This document shows, in pieces, positions 9,665 through 19,146 of a stretch of 64,000 nucleotides of DNA. Position 1 is the stretch's first letter. Each line of letters begins with the position of its first letter. The position numbers and the translations under genes are program-made. The stretch is from an uncultured euryarchaeote (GTDB lineage Archaea; Thermoplasmatota; Poseidoniia; Poseidoniales; Poseidoniaceae): assembly GCA_937899865.1 (NCBI GenBank), contig CALBRH010000063.1, forward strand, positions 79,510 through 143,509. Reading direction: 5' to 3'. The notes under the pieces are model-generated. The model was given only the letters and a program-made list of their open reading frames with translations. It searched no databases and was not told the DNA's origin.

Positions 9665-10903
9665 CTATTGAATGATACCGTATCCAATTAATCTCCAGCG
9701 AGAACCAATTCTTCGTGATAATGAAACTCTTTCTCCGGTATCAACACATATTGGTAATTTTAACTCTAGAGAAGTTCTGGTCTTTTCTGCATTTTTCGTG
9801 ACTCCAACAGATGTAGCAGTTGCAACATTTATCATTAACATCTCGTTATTTCTTAGAGGATGTATTTTCTCTGGATTTGAACCATCTGTAGAGACCATAT
9901 TGTCCATTAAATGAACAGAAATCTCAATTGAATTTTTAACTTCTGGGAGAGATCCAGATAAAGAAACAACTTGTCCAGATAGGTTATCTGAAGTTGTAAT
10001 AGATGGGTCAAGTTGTGTTGCTAACCCACATAGACCTCCAGCATGCATTTTTTCTAAAGCTAATCCGCCACCTTGCATACTAGTTACAGTTGCCTTAATT
10101 GGCTCCCAACGAATCTTAGATCCTTGCTGAATTTTTCTTCCTGGACCGATTTCAATTTCATCGCCAATTTTGAATTCTCCTCTAACGATGCTACCTCCAA
10201 TAACTCCACCCTTAAGTTTGGTAGGACGAGTTCCCGGCCTGTTTATGTCAAATGATCTTGCGACATGCATTAGAGGCTTTTCTTTATCATCTCTATCAGG
10301 TGTTGGAATAGTTTTCTCGATAGCATCTATCAATATATCTAAGTTAACATCATGGTGAGCCGATACTGGAATAATTGGAGCATCTTCAGCAACAGTACCT
10401 TTCAAGAATTCTTTAATTTCTTGATATGATTCAACAGCACGTTCTCTGGTGACTAGGTCAATTTTGTTTTGAACTACTACTATGTTTTTGATACCTGACA
10501 TATTTAGTGCCATTAAATGCTCTCTAGTTTGTGGTTGAGGGCACTTTTCATTTGCTGCAACCATCAACATTGCACCATCCATAATTGATGCTCCAGTAAT
10601 CATTATTGCCATTAGTGTCTCGTGACCAGGTGCGTCAACAAAAGATACAACTCTTTGAAGTTCATTATCGACATCCTTTTTGCCATTAGGATTCTTTCCA
10701 GATGCGTAAAATGTACCGTCTTTGGTTTTATAGAATGCAGTATCTGCATAGCCCAATTTAATTGATATACCGCGCTTTCTTTCTTCTGAATGAGTATCAG
10801 TCCAAACTCCAGAAAGAGCCTTTGTCAAAGTAGTCTTTCCATGGTCTACGTGACCAACTAATCCGATATTTACGGTTGGTTGTGCAGGAAGTTTTCTCGC
10901 CAT
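9665..10903 (-). CDS. eif2g: Translation initiation factor 2 subunit gamma
   Basis: QPTVNIGLVGHVDHGKTT, HSEERKRGISIKLGY, DAPGHE, QNKID, RWRLIGYG. Confidence 0.98.
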   Translation of the reverse strand: MARKLPAQPTVNIGLVGHVDHGKTTLTKALSGVWTDTHSEERKRGISIKLGYADTAFYKTKDGTFYASGKNPNGKKDVDNELQRVVSFVDAPGHETLMAIMITGASIMDGAMLMVAANEKCPQPQTREHLMALNMSGIKNIVVVQNKIDLVTRERAVESYQEIKEFLKGTVAEDAPIIPVSAHHDVNLDILIDAIEKTIPTPDRDDKEKPLMHVARSFDINRPGTRPTKLKGGVIGGSIVRGEFKIGDEIEIGPGRKIQQGSKIRWEPIKATVTSMQGGGLALEKMHAGGLCGLATQLDPSITTSDNLSGQVVSLSGSLPEVKNSIEISVHLMDNMVSTDGSNPEKIHPLRNNEMLMINVATATSVGVTKNAEKTRTSLELKLPICVDTGERVSLSRRIGSRWRLIGYGIIQ

Positions 10904-10940
10904 TCCTACACTCTCCTATTCACGAAAACCCTCTCGGGAT

Positions 10941-11435
10941 TCACTCCGATGATTCCTCACTTTCAGCAGCAGATAGAATATCAGCCAATGCCTTCTTACC
11001 TGCTTCAACAACCTTGAGATTGATTTGTCTGGTGTCTTGGGTAACAGTGTTGCCACGGAAATTTCTACGCTTTCTAAGTCCATCAGGTTTGTATCGGAAT
11101 CGCTTCTTTTCGCCACCTTTGGTCTTGAAAACCAAATTATGTCCTTTGAATCCAGTTGATTGAGTAACCAAGATTGACTGTCTAGAACCACCTTCTAGGT
11201 CTCTTCTTAGAGGAGTTCCAGTTTTGTCAGCACCACCAGTAATTTGTAATTTATATCCTGAAAGAGTCTTGTCACCTTCACCTACGAAAATTCCATCGAC
11301 AATATCGCCAATTTTTTTCCCTAGAATTTGAGAGTAGTTATTTCCCGAAATTTTCAATGAGTATGCTTTACCGTTGCTTTTTGGGTCTGTATCATTTACG
11401 ACAGCAACGAACTCTCCTTGTGAACCAGTAGCCAT
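10941..11435 (-). CDS. rps6e: 30S ribosomal protein S6e (start reassigned to ATG 11435, RBS GAGGTG)
   Basis: GKKIGDIVDG, GYKLQITGGADKTGTP, RKRRNFRGN, QINLKVV. Confidence 0.93.
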   Translation of the reverse strand: MATGSQGEFVAVVNDTDPKSNGKAYSLKISGNNYSQILGKKIGDIVDGIFVGEGDKTLSGYKLQITGGADKTGTPLRRDLEGGSRQSILVTQSTGFKGHNLVFKTKGGEKKRFRYKPDGLRKRRNFRGNTVTQDTRQINLKVVEAGKKALADILSAAESEESSE

Positions 11436-11514
11436 AATTACACCTCTAAGACAGGTTGGCCAACAGTGACCTATATTTATGCTCACCGGATGAAAAACAA
11501 TTGGTTTTTGTTGC

Positions 11515-12747
11515 TTACAATCGCTTTTTTATCAGCATTTCTAGCCTGCTTGCTATATCACTTGGTAAGAAATGTGGCATGCTGAGATGGGTAGTTCTAC
11601 CTCGTCCGTCACTAACTGCCGAGATTCTGGTTTTGATTAGTTGCCTATTTTCTAATTCTTTGAGATATTTCCATAAGGTTGTGTGGCTTTTCATATCTTG
11701 CTCATATTCTTCACATACTACTGCGTAGAGGCTTTCTACGTCACCAGTAGTCATTGAACTTTCTTTCTTCAGCCTTCGACAAATTGCTAGCAATACCAGC
11801 ATTGCATGATTTTTCAAACCATCAATAGCATCTATTTCTGATACCATATCAACTGATAAAATATCATCTTTAGCATGGACATCATCAACACTAATTTCTC
11901 TCTTAGTATGATCGTCTTGTCTAATTTCACATGACTCAGCGGCTGATTTTAGTAACTCAATCGCTAATCTAGCATCGCCAATAGGAGCAGATTTTTGAGC
12001 TATTAATCTAACAATTTCTTCTGAATATGAGCCTTTGACTAATGCCAAATCGGCTCTCTGCATGGCAATATCGTACAGTTCATCTTCATTGTATGATGGT
12101 ATTTTTATCAAATTTGTTTTACCAATTCTTGAAATTACTGCTGTTTCCAAGACATCGAGAACCTGTTCTTGACTGATTAAAATTAGTGAAAGAGTTCCTT
12201 TACCTTCTTGATCTTCATCAATCCTCAATAATTGGTACAAGATGTCATCACCAGATTTTCTCAACATGTGGTCGACTTCATCTAAAATAACAATTAGATG
12301 GGTAGAATTTCGTCTGGTCAGTTTACGTAAACTGAGTAATAGTTCTCCCATTGATAAACCTCGGTCAGGGTGCCCAGGGTCTATTGCATGCAAAATACGT
12401 TGAACTACACGAGTACTCGTTGATGCATTTCTGCAATTTACATGTGCGATATTGATAGTTCTTCGATTGACAAGATGTCTCTGTAAGTCACGACAGAATG
12501 TTTTGACAAGAACAGTTTTCCCACTACCTACGGGTCCTGAAATAATAGCTTGACAACTAGATTCCTGTTTGTCTATAGAAGAGAATCTTGCAGCCAATTG
12601 GTTTTGATATTTCTCCCGACAGACTAACTTCTCTGGAACATAATCAAAATCGAGTGGCTCCGGGTTATCAATTACATAACCAGCACCGATTCTGTCGAGA
12701 TAACTGCTCATAACATCGGAAGGCTTACGCCAACCGTTATTGAACAT
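11515..12747 (-). CDS. cdc6: Cdc6/Orc1 replication initiator (start may be ATG 12711)
   Basis: LDFDYVPEKL, Walker A GPVGSGKT, HVNC, Walker B ILDEVD, GDARLAIELL, C-terminal winged helix. Confidence 0.93.
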   Translation of the reverse strand: MFNNGWRKPSDVMSSYLDRIGAGYVIDNPEPLDFDYVPEKLVCREKYQNQLAARFSSIDKQESSCQAIISGPVGSGKTVLVKTFCRDLQRHLVNRRTINIAHVNCRNASTSTRVVQRILHAIDPGHPDRGLSMGELLLSLRKLTRRNSTHLIVILDEVDHMLRKSGDDILYQLLRIDEDQEGKGTLSLILISQEQVLDVLETAVISRIGKTNLIKIPSYNEDELYDIAMQRADLALVKGSYSEEIVRLIAQKSAPIGDARLAIELLKSAAESCEIRQDDHTKREISVDDVHAKDDILSVDMVSEIDAIDGLKNHAMLVLLAICRRLKKESSMTTGDVESLYAVVCEEYEQDMKSHTTLWKYLKELENRQLIKTRISAVSDGRGRTTHLSMPHFLPSDIASRLEMLIKKRL

Positions 12748-12784
12748 ACGCTTTGATTTAGCAAAAATATTTCAATTAGCCAAC

Positions 12785-13894
12785 TCAAGGGATTTCGTCA
12801 AACATATATCCCGTTTCCCATTGCTTTTCGCCCAATGCTACTTCTAATTCAAATGGCGTAATCAATGGTTTACGATATCTAACTGCATCATCAATAGCAA
12901 TTCTTGGGCATGCTGTATTGACAAATGCGTCAACTGGATAGAAATCAATTAGGTCCGGTCCAATGTGTTCAAGAGCTAGTAAGTATCCTTTCTTACCATG
13001 CTTCTCAAGCATTCTTTTCATTCTTAACGCTAAAGTGCGCCTCATTTGTCCAGGTTTTTCACCGATCAAAATTCCAAAAGATTGACTATCTTGACTCGAC
13101 ATTATCAATCCGAACCTTTGTCTCAATATTCTCTCAATTCTTTCAAATGACATTTCTTCAGCAGTACCTGAATAAGGGTCTAACATTGCTAGAGGCTTTC
13201 CAGTATGTAGGACCAATCCAATTGGATGGAAATCTCCAGAACCCAAGAATAGATAGTGTCCTATGCTAGGGTCGTCGCCTGAATAATTACAACCAAGAAC
13301 CTGTCCTGGGAATGATAATCTTGCCCCTCCAATTGGTATTTCTACGTCAAATCCAGCCTTTTCTAAACGATCATTGAATTCGGGTAATAGGTGAAGGTGT
13401 TGTATTGAACCAACTAATCCGAGTTTTGTATCGGTTAATGGAGCCATTCTTCCAACAGCATCCAAAAATTTCTCTTGTGCTTCTGCTTCAGATAATTGCT
13501 TGTTACTATCTTGATTAGAAATTCTTTCTTTCGCCAACGCTAAATGCTTGTTTAGTAGAGGTAGAACGGGACTTAGTTCAGGATCTCCGTCATATCTAAC
13601 ATCGATGAATTCAGTAGGCATGCCAGAATCAATATTCATTTGAGAATGTCCCATATGAGCTACTAATTCTACTCCCATCATTTTCATTTTGTCATGGACT
13701 AAATCACATGCTCCATAGCATGGGTCTGCAGCCAAAACTACCTTGGCACTAGTTTCAGTTTCAATCTCATCCATCATTTCAAGGGCTTGCATTTTCAAGC
13801 CTTCAGGTACCTGTAAAGCGATTAATCGGTTGTCATTTTGTTTAATCTTTTCAACCAAGTCGTCTAGTTGAAAGTCGTGCCTATCTAGATCCAA
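12785..13894 (-). CDS. dph2: Diphthamide biosynthesis enzyme Dph2
   Basis: LQVPEGLK, DPCYGACD, GQVLGC, VNTACPRIAIDD (three Fe-S cysteines). Confidence 0.95.
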   Translation of the reverse strand: MDLDRHDFQLDDLVEKIKQNDNRLIALQVPEGLKMQALEMMDEIETETSAKVVLAADPCYGACDLVHDKMKMMGVELVAHMGHSQMNIDSGMPTEFIDVRYDGDPELSPVLPLLNKHLALAKERISNQDSNKQLSEAEAQEKFLDAVGRMAPLTDTKLGLVGSIQHLHLLPEFNDRLEKAGFDVEIPIGGARLSFPGQVLGCNYSGDDPSIGHYLFLGSGDFHPIGLVLHTGKPLAMLDPYSGTAEEMSFERIERILRQRFGLIMSSQDSQSFGILIGEKPGQMRRTLALRMKRMLEKHGKKGYLLALEHIGPDLIDFYPVDAFVNTACPRIAIDDAVRYRKPLITPFELEVALGEKQWETGYMFDEIP

Positions 13895-13905
13895 AGTTTC
13901 ACTTC

Positions 13906-14475
13906 CTAATCTAATATCACTACTTTTTCGCCATCCATTTCAAGTTTTACAAGCGAATCAAACTTAATTTTAGGATAATCTTGTTGCAAAATTTCCATAC
14001 CAGGGCCTTTTTCAACAACAACGACGATATTTTCGATAATTGCACCAGTTCTTTTGACACCTTCAACAACTGATCTTATTGTTCCACCAGTCGATAAAAC
14101 ATCATCAATTATGGCAATTCTTTCACCAGGTTTAATGTCATTAAGGAATATACTTCCTTTTGAATAACCAGTTTCTTGATTAATTTCGACTTCTCCTTCA
14201 AGCCCATATTGTCGCTTTCTTGCAATAACCATAGGAATGCCTGTACGCATAGATAATGGAGCCATTAGTGGCAATCCCATCGCTTCAATTCCAAGAATAA
14301 TATCGATGTTATCCCAATTAATCAGTGGTACTGATAATTCAATAATCGCTTCTAAGACATTTGGCTCTAATCTTGGTACGCCATCTGTTATAGGATGAAT
14401 AAAGTAAGGATAATCGCCTTTCCAAATAATTGGTGCCTTAACAAGGCTTTGTTTTAGAATTTCAATCTCCTTCAT
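13906..14475 (-). CDS. hpt: Purine phosphoribosyltransferase (archaeal hypoxanthine/guanine PRT type); start ATG 14475 after GGTGA
   Basis: YPYFIHPITDGVP, GIEAMGLP, IARKR, PRPP motif IIDDVLSTGGT. Confidence 0.85.
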   Translation of the reverse strand: MKEIEILKQSLVKAPIIWKGDYPYFIHPITDGVPRLEPNVLEAIIELSVPLINWDNIDIILGIEAMGLPLMAPLSMRTGIPMVIARKRQYGLEGEVEINQETGYSKGSIFLNDIKPGERIAIIDDVLSTGGTIRSVVEGVKRTGAIIENIVVVVEKGPGMEILQQDYPKIKFDSLVKLEMDGEKVVILD

Positions 14476-14491
14476 GATGGTCACCTTACCA

Positions 14492-14893
14492 TCAAAGTTC
14501 AGCTAGAAATTCAACATATTCATCAGGGTCTAACAATAATTCAGTGTCAAAATCATGAGGTTCTAAAATAATGACCCATCCTAGGTCATAAGCAGATTCG
14601 TTAACTAATTCTGGATTACTTTCAACTTCGCCATTAACCTCAGCAATGAGTCCAGAAAAGGGAGTAGGAAATGGCATTCTTTCAGACTCTGTAACAACTG
14701 AAAACATGAAATCTCCTTTGTCAATCTCAGTTTCAGCTTGTCGAAGTTTGACTTCCAAAATGTCACCTATTTCCAGTCTTAGGAATTCGCTAACTCCAAT
14801 CATTAATCTATCATCTTTCTCTTGATACCAAAGGTGGTCTGTAGAGTATTTTCTATTGTGTGCTACATTAAATTCAACGGTTTCTTCATCCAA
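14492..14893 (-). CDS. Glycine cleavage H-protein-like, lacking the lipoyl-lysine (TTG start after GGAGG)
   Basis: YSTDHLW, IGVSEF, PFSGLIAEVN..VESNPELVNESAYDLGWV; no Lys in the lipoyl turn. Confidence 0.8.
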   Translation of the reverse strand: MDEETVEFNVAHNRKYSTDHLWYQEKDDRLMIGVSEFLRLEIGDILEVKLRQAETEIDKGDFMFSVVTESERMPFPTPFSGLIAEVNGEVESNPELVNESAYDLGWVIILEPHDFDTELLLDPDEYVEFLAEL

Positions 14894-15002
14894 AATGATT
14901 CCTCCTGTGCGCGCCTCATAGGCATAATATATGAATAATTTGGGAAATAGCAAATTTTAGAAATTTAGCAAACGGGTTAAGTGAGTCGGCTTATTGGCTT
15001 GA

Positions 15003-16184
15003 TTGGGGAGAGTCATGAACTACGCAGAAACCGATGAGCAGCAAATGATTAGAGAACTTGTGCGAGATTTCGCTGAGACTGTTTTAGCGCCTTCTGCAGA
15101 ACATAGAGATGCTAATCAAATACCTCCTATTGAAGAATGGCAACAGTTCCTAGAATATGGTCTTCAAGGCGTCACAATTCCAGAACAATACGGCGGTTCT
15201 CCAGTTGACGATATCTCTGAATCAATTATTGTCGAAGAGTTATCTAGGGTAGATCCATCATTTGGTGTAATGTTTTGTGTTCACGTTGGACTCTGTGCAA
15301 AGACAATTGCTTTACATGGTAATGAAGAACAGAAGGCTAAGTATTTACCAAGACTAGCAGCAGGCGAAGTAGGCGCTTACTCGCTTTCCGAGGCAGGTGC
15401 AGGTACTGATGCTGCAGCAATGATTTGTAAAGCAAAATTATCTGAAGATGGTAAACACTTTTTGTTAAATGGGGAAAAAATGTGGGTTACAAATGGAGTA
15501 CAAGCAGAAATTATAGTTTTGTTCGCCAAAGATGTAGATCATCCAGATTATGGTGTAAAGAAGCACGGTGGTACTACTGCATTCATAGTAGAATCTTCTT
15601 TTGAAGGTTTTTCTGTAGGTAAGAAAGAAGATAAATTGGGTATTCGTTCTTCAGATACCTGCACACTTATTCTAAACAACTGCAAAGTACCAGTAGAGAA
15701 TGTGATAAAAGGAGTAGGAAATGGGTTTCCAATAGCTATGAATGCACTTGATAATAGTCGTATTGGAATTGCTGCACAAGCACTTGGTATTGCTCAAGGT
15801 GCTTATGAATCAGCACTAAATTACTCACATGAGAGGGAAGCATTTGGAAAACCAATTGCTCACCATCAAATGATAATGGCCTACTTGGCGGATATGGCTA
15901 CTAGGATACAGGCTGCTCGTCAGTTGGTTTATCGAGCATCTTGGGCCAAGCAAGAGCATTATGAAAATGATGGACCAAGACATACTCAAGAAGCTAGCAT
16001 GGCAAAATTATATGCCGGTGACACAGCAATGTGGGTGTCAGAAAGAGCCATTCAAGTTCTTGGTGGCTATGGTTACACAAAGGAGTTTCCAGTTGAGCGA
16101 TTCTTTAGAGATGCTAAGATCACACAAATCTATGAGGGAACTCAAGAGGTACAAAGAATTGTTATTTCAAGAAGCTTGAAATGA
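15003..16184 (+). CDS. Acyl-CoA dehydrogenase
   Basis: YSLSEAGAGTD, LNGEKMWVTNG, EDKLGIRSSDT, RIGIAAQALG, GGYGY, IYEGTQEVQR. Confidence 0.95.
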   Translation: MGRVMNYAETDEQQMIRELVRDFAETVLAPSAEHRDANQIPPIEEWQQFLEYGLQGVTIPEQYGGSPVDDISESIIVEELSRVDPSFGVMFCVHVGLCAKTIALHGNEEQKAKYLPRLAAGEVGAYSLSEAGAGTDAAAMICKAKLSEDGKHFLLNGEKMWVTNGVQAEIIVLFAKDVDHPDYGVKKHGGTTAFIVESSFEGFSVGKKEDKLGIRSSDTCTLILNNCKVPVENVIKGVGNGFPIAMNALDNSRIGIAAQALGIAQGAYESALNYSHEREAFGKPIAHHQMIMAYLADMATRIQAARQLVYRASWAKQEHYENDGPRHTQEASMAKLYAGDTAMWVSERAIQVLGGYGYTKEFPVERFFRDAKITQIYEGTQEVQRIVISRSLK

Positions 16185-16185
16185 T

Positions 16186-17295
16186 TCAGAATTGTAAATC
16201 ATTGCCCTTTAATTTTGCTTGTCTAAGCCCACTAGACCAATCAAATAGGCTGCCAATAAAGGATATTTTCTTGCCTTCCAATTGTTCAATTTGTTCATTA
16301 TATTCTGGTTCAAACAATACTGATACTGTGTATGGTCCGTTGTCAAGAAGGCCAACAGCTGTCATCCCTCCACGATAACTATCCATGACTAACAAAGTTC
16401 TCTCTACTCTTTCAACCATAAGAGTACATTCTCCAGGACTTGTAGAGTCAATCACACTATTTGCTTCTCTATGCAACCTTGTAGAATGTAGCCTCTCTAT
16501 GCCTATTTCTATAGAGGTAGAAACAACAGGATAAGGTTCCTCACTTTCTTGAGTATGTTCAATTACTACCTCATTATTGATTTCGGGGCTTTCTAGAACT
16601 TCATCTTCCTCCTCGATATCTGTTATACTGCTAAGTTCTTTATCAATATCAATTTCTAATTCTTCATTTTCTAACTCTAAATCTTCGAAAGTTTCAGTTT
16701 GTTCTTGTAGTTCTTGAACTTCTTCATGTTCATTAGTAACTGGTTCTATTGTTGGGACATCGAATCCTATTGCTCCTAAGTAATTCCACAATTCTTGCAC
16801 TTCAATTACACCATTTTGATCACTATCTAAAATATTGATTAGAGTCTCAGAAACCCATTCTGGAGGTTGAGCACCAGATAAATTTACGATAAAGTCATTT
16901 AACTCTGCTTGACTTATTTTACCATCAGTATTTGTATCGATTTGTGTAGTTATTTCAACGGTTGAAAGTCCTGAATTTTGCAGCCATTGGCCAAATTGCT
17001 GTTTGATCATTTCTGCCATTCTAGGATCAACGTTACTTGCTATTTCGGTAATTTTACTTTTTGTAGCTTGGATTGCTCGCTCTTTTACACTGCTTCTCCA
17101 AGCGGAAATTTCTGGCTGTTGCGATAGTATCTCAATTACAGTTTCTCTTGGTACATTTGATGGAGGGGCATCTCCGACAAATTCTACTGCCAAATCTGCT
17201 AATTCAGAATTAGACAGCGAACTTAAATCATTATTTTCAGCAATTTTCTTTTCGATTTGCTTTGCTACAGCCTCGGATATCCTGCCACTGAACAT
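16186..17295 (-). CDS. EF-hand-pair protein with acidic linker and beta-rich C-terminal domain
   Basis: Two canonical loops DTNTDGKISQAE (16903-16938) and DSDQNGVIEVQE (16792-16827). Confidence 0.75.
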   Translation of the reverse strand: MFSGRISEAVAKQIEKKIAENNDLSSLSNSELADLAVEFVGDAPPSNVPRETVIEILSQQPEISAWRSSVKERAIQATKSKITEIASNVDPRMAEMIKQQFGQWLQNSGLSTVEITTQIDTNTDGKISQAELNDFIVNLSGAQPPEWVSETLINILDSDQNGVIEVQELWNYLGAIGFDVPTIEPVTNEHEEVQELQEQTETFEDLELENEELEIDIDKELSSITDIEEEDEVLESPEINNEVVIEHTQESEEPYPVVSTSIEIGIERLHSTRLHREANSVIDSTSPGECTLMVERVERTLLVMDSYRGGMTAVGLLDNGPYTVSVLFEPEYNEQIEQLEGKKISFIGSLFDWSSGLRQAKLKGNDLQF

Positions 17296-17334
17296 ACTAA
17301 GCCGTATGATTCATTATTCTTGAAGATGGTGCCT

Positions 17335-18675
17335 TCATTCTAATGACATTCTTGGCCAAGAATTGAAATCAGAATTTTGCCACTGAAGCGTTGCTAAGAT
17401 TTCTTCAATTTCAGAGATGCTTTTCAAATCATTTTCTATTTGTATTCTGTACAACCATTCCTTCAGTCTACCAAGTTTTTGACCTTGTTCGATGTTAGTT
17501 GTAGCCATTAACCATTTGCCATCGATTAGTTGTTCTTGACATTCAAGAGGTGGTAAGTTTTCTATTTCATGGATAATTTTAGTGAAATAAGATTGTTTTG
17601 AAAAATTGTGAAAATCAATCATGTCATGCTGGTCAAAGATTTTCGATAAAGACAAAATTTGTCTCCACCTAGTTCCAATTAAGTGTCTATACAAACGCAA
17701 ATAACGGAGATCGTTTTGAGGAATTAATCTTGCCATTTGTGATGTAAAAATTATACTCTTTGAATCCTTTTTTGATAATTTTAATGTTTTACATAAATCA
17801 ATAATACTATTCTTTTCAAGTTGGTAATTTACTAACACGAATAGTGATATGTAATCCAAATCTTGCTTACTGTCAAGTGCTGATAATAATTTTGAAGTCT
17901 CTACATATTTCCAGCCAAAAATTACATTCAATATTTTATCTCTAATCATTAAGCTGATTATTTCTTGTGATTTTTTAGAATTTAGAATTTTGATTAATTC
18001 CTGCCATATCCTTTCTTTTGCTAAGTCACCAATTAGATAACTATTATTGATAATTACTTTGGACAAACTATCTTCTAATTTCCAATTATTAGTATTTATT
18101 TGGCCAAGGAAACGGTATGCACGAAGAATCCGCAAAGCATCTTCATTAATCCTTTTTTCCGGATTTCCCACACAGCGAATAATTTTATTTTCGATATCTT
18201 TAATTCCGTTATTTGGGTCATAGTATAGTCTTCTAGCAACATCAATAGCCATAGAATTAATTGTAAAATCTCTTCTCTTTAAGTCCTCATTCAAAGATAA
18301 ATTCCATTCAACAGATTCCGGCCTACGATTATCCAAATATACTCCATCGGTTCTAAGTGTAGTTGTTTGGAATAAGTAATTTCCAGATTTTATTGTAATT
18401 GTCCCGAATGAAAGGCCAGTTTCAATTGCATCTGGGAAAATGGATAGCAATTTTTCAGGTCTTAAGTCAGTTGCCAAATCAATATCTGATGGAATAAAAC
18501 CCATTGATGCATCTCTTACTGCGCCGCCAACAATCCAGACGCCTCCCTTATTTTGCGAAATCTTGTTGATTGTATTTGATAACTCAATAGGCAGTTTATC
18601 TACAAACTTAGACATGTTTTCAGTTAATGGAAAACCAGCAACATCAGATTCGTTGCCCAAAACATACTCCGTCAA
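17335..18675 (-). CDS. cca: Class II (bacterial-type) CCA tRNA nucleotidyltransferase
   Basis: VGGAVRD, DIDLAT, FGT, RRDFTINSMA, EDALRILRAYRF, ERIWQEL. Confidence 0.85.
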   Translation of the reverse strand: MTEYVLGNESDVAGFPLTENMSKFVDKLPIELSNTINKISQNKGGVWIVGGAVRDASMGFIPSDIDLATDLRPEKLLSIFPDAIETGLSFGTITIKSGNYLFQTTTLRTDGVYLDNRRPESVEWNLSLNEDLKRRDFTINSMAIDVARRLYYDPNNGIKDIENKIIRCVGNPEKRINEDALRILRAYRFLGQINTNNWKLEDSLSKVIINNSYLIGDLAKERIWQELIKILNSKKSQEIISLMIRDKILNVIFGWKYVETSKLLSALDSKQDLDYISLFVLVNYQLEKNSIIDLCKTLKLSKKDSKSIIFTSQMARLIPQNDLRYLRLYRHLIGTRWRQILSLSKIFDQHDMIDFHNFSKQSYFTKIIHEIENLPPLECQEQLIDGKWLMATTNIEQGQKLGRLKEWLYRIQIENDLKSISEIEEILATLQWQNSDFNSWPRMSLE

Positions 18676-18738
18676 ATCAATCTCCTAGCCCTATGGTAAT
18701 TGCCAAAGTATTATCCTTGAAATACTGTTCCCAGTTTC

Positions 18739-19146
18739 ATGTGGACTGAAGATGATGTTACCATAGTAGAGGTAAGTTGGTTGAAACCACATGAAGAAAT
18801 CAAAATAAAAGCAAGAGATAAACTTCTTGACATGACAAAACGCTGGGGGGGATTTACCAAACCGGTATTAGTGGATAGCGAGACAGGATCTTTACTTGAT
18901 GGACATCATAGACTGTCAGTTGCTAAGGAATTAGGATTATCTAAGATTCCTGCAATATGTCTAGATTATCTTTCATCAGATGATATAGTGTTAGAATTAT
19001 GGCCAAACTCATCATTTGATGAAATCACTAAACAAATGGTAATCCAAATATGTCAATCTGATGAATTATTTCCGCCTAAAACAACCAAGCATACGACTTT
19101 CTTTGACCTTCCACCAATTTTGGTCAGTTTGGATGAACTTAAGTAG
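18739..19146 (+). CDS. Stand-alone ParB/Sulfiredoxin-fold protein
   Basis: LKPHEE, PVLVD, LLDGHHRL, FPPKTTKH; no HTH or dimerisation domain. Confidence 0.75.
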   Translation: MWTEDDVTIVEVSWLKPHEEIKIKARDKLLDMTKRWGGFTKPVLVDSETGSLLDGHHRLSVAKELGLSKIPAICLDYLSSDDIVLELWPNSSFDEITKQMVIQICQSDELFPPKTTKHTTFFDLPPILVSLDELK

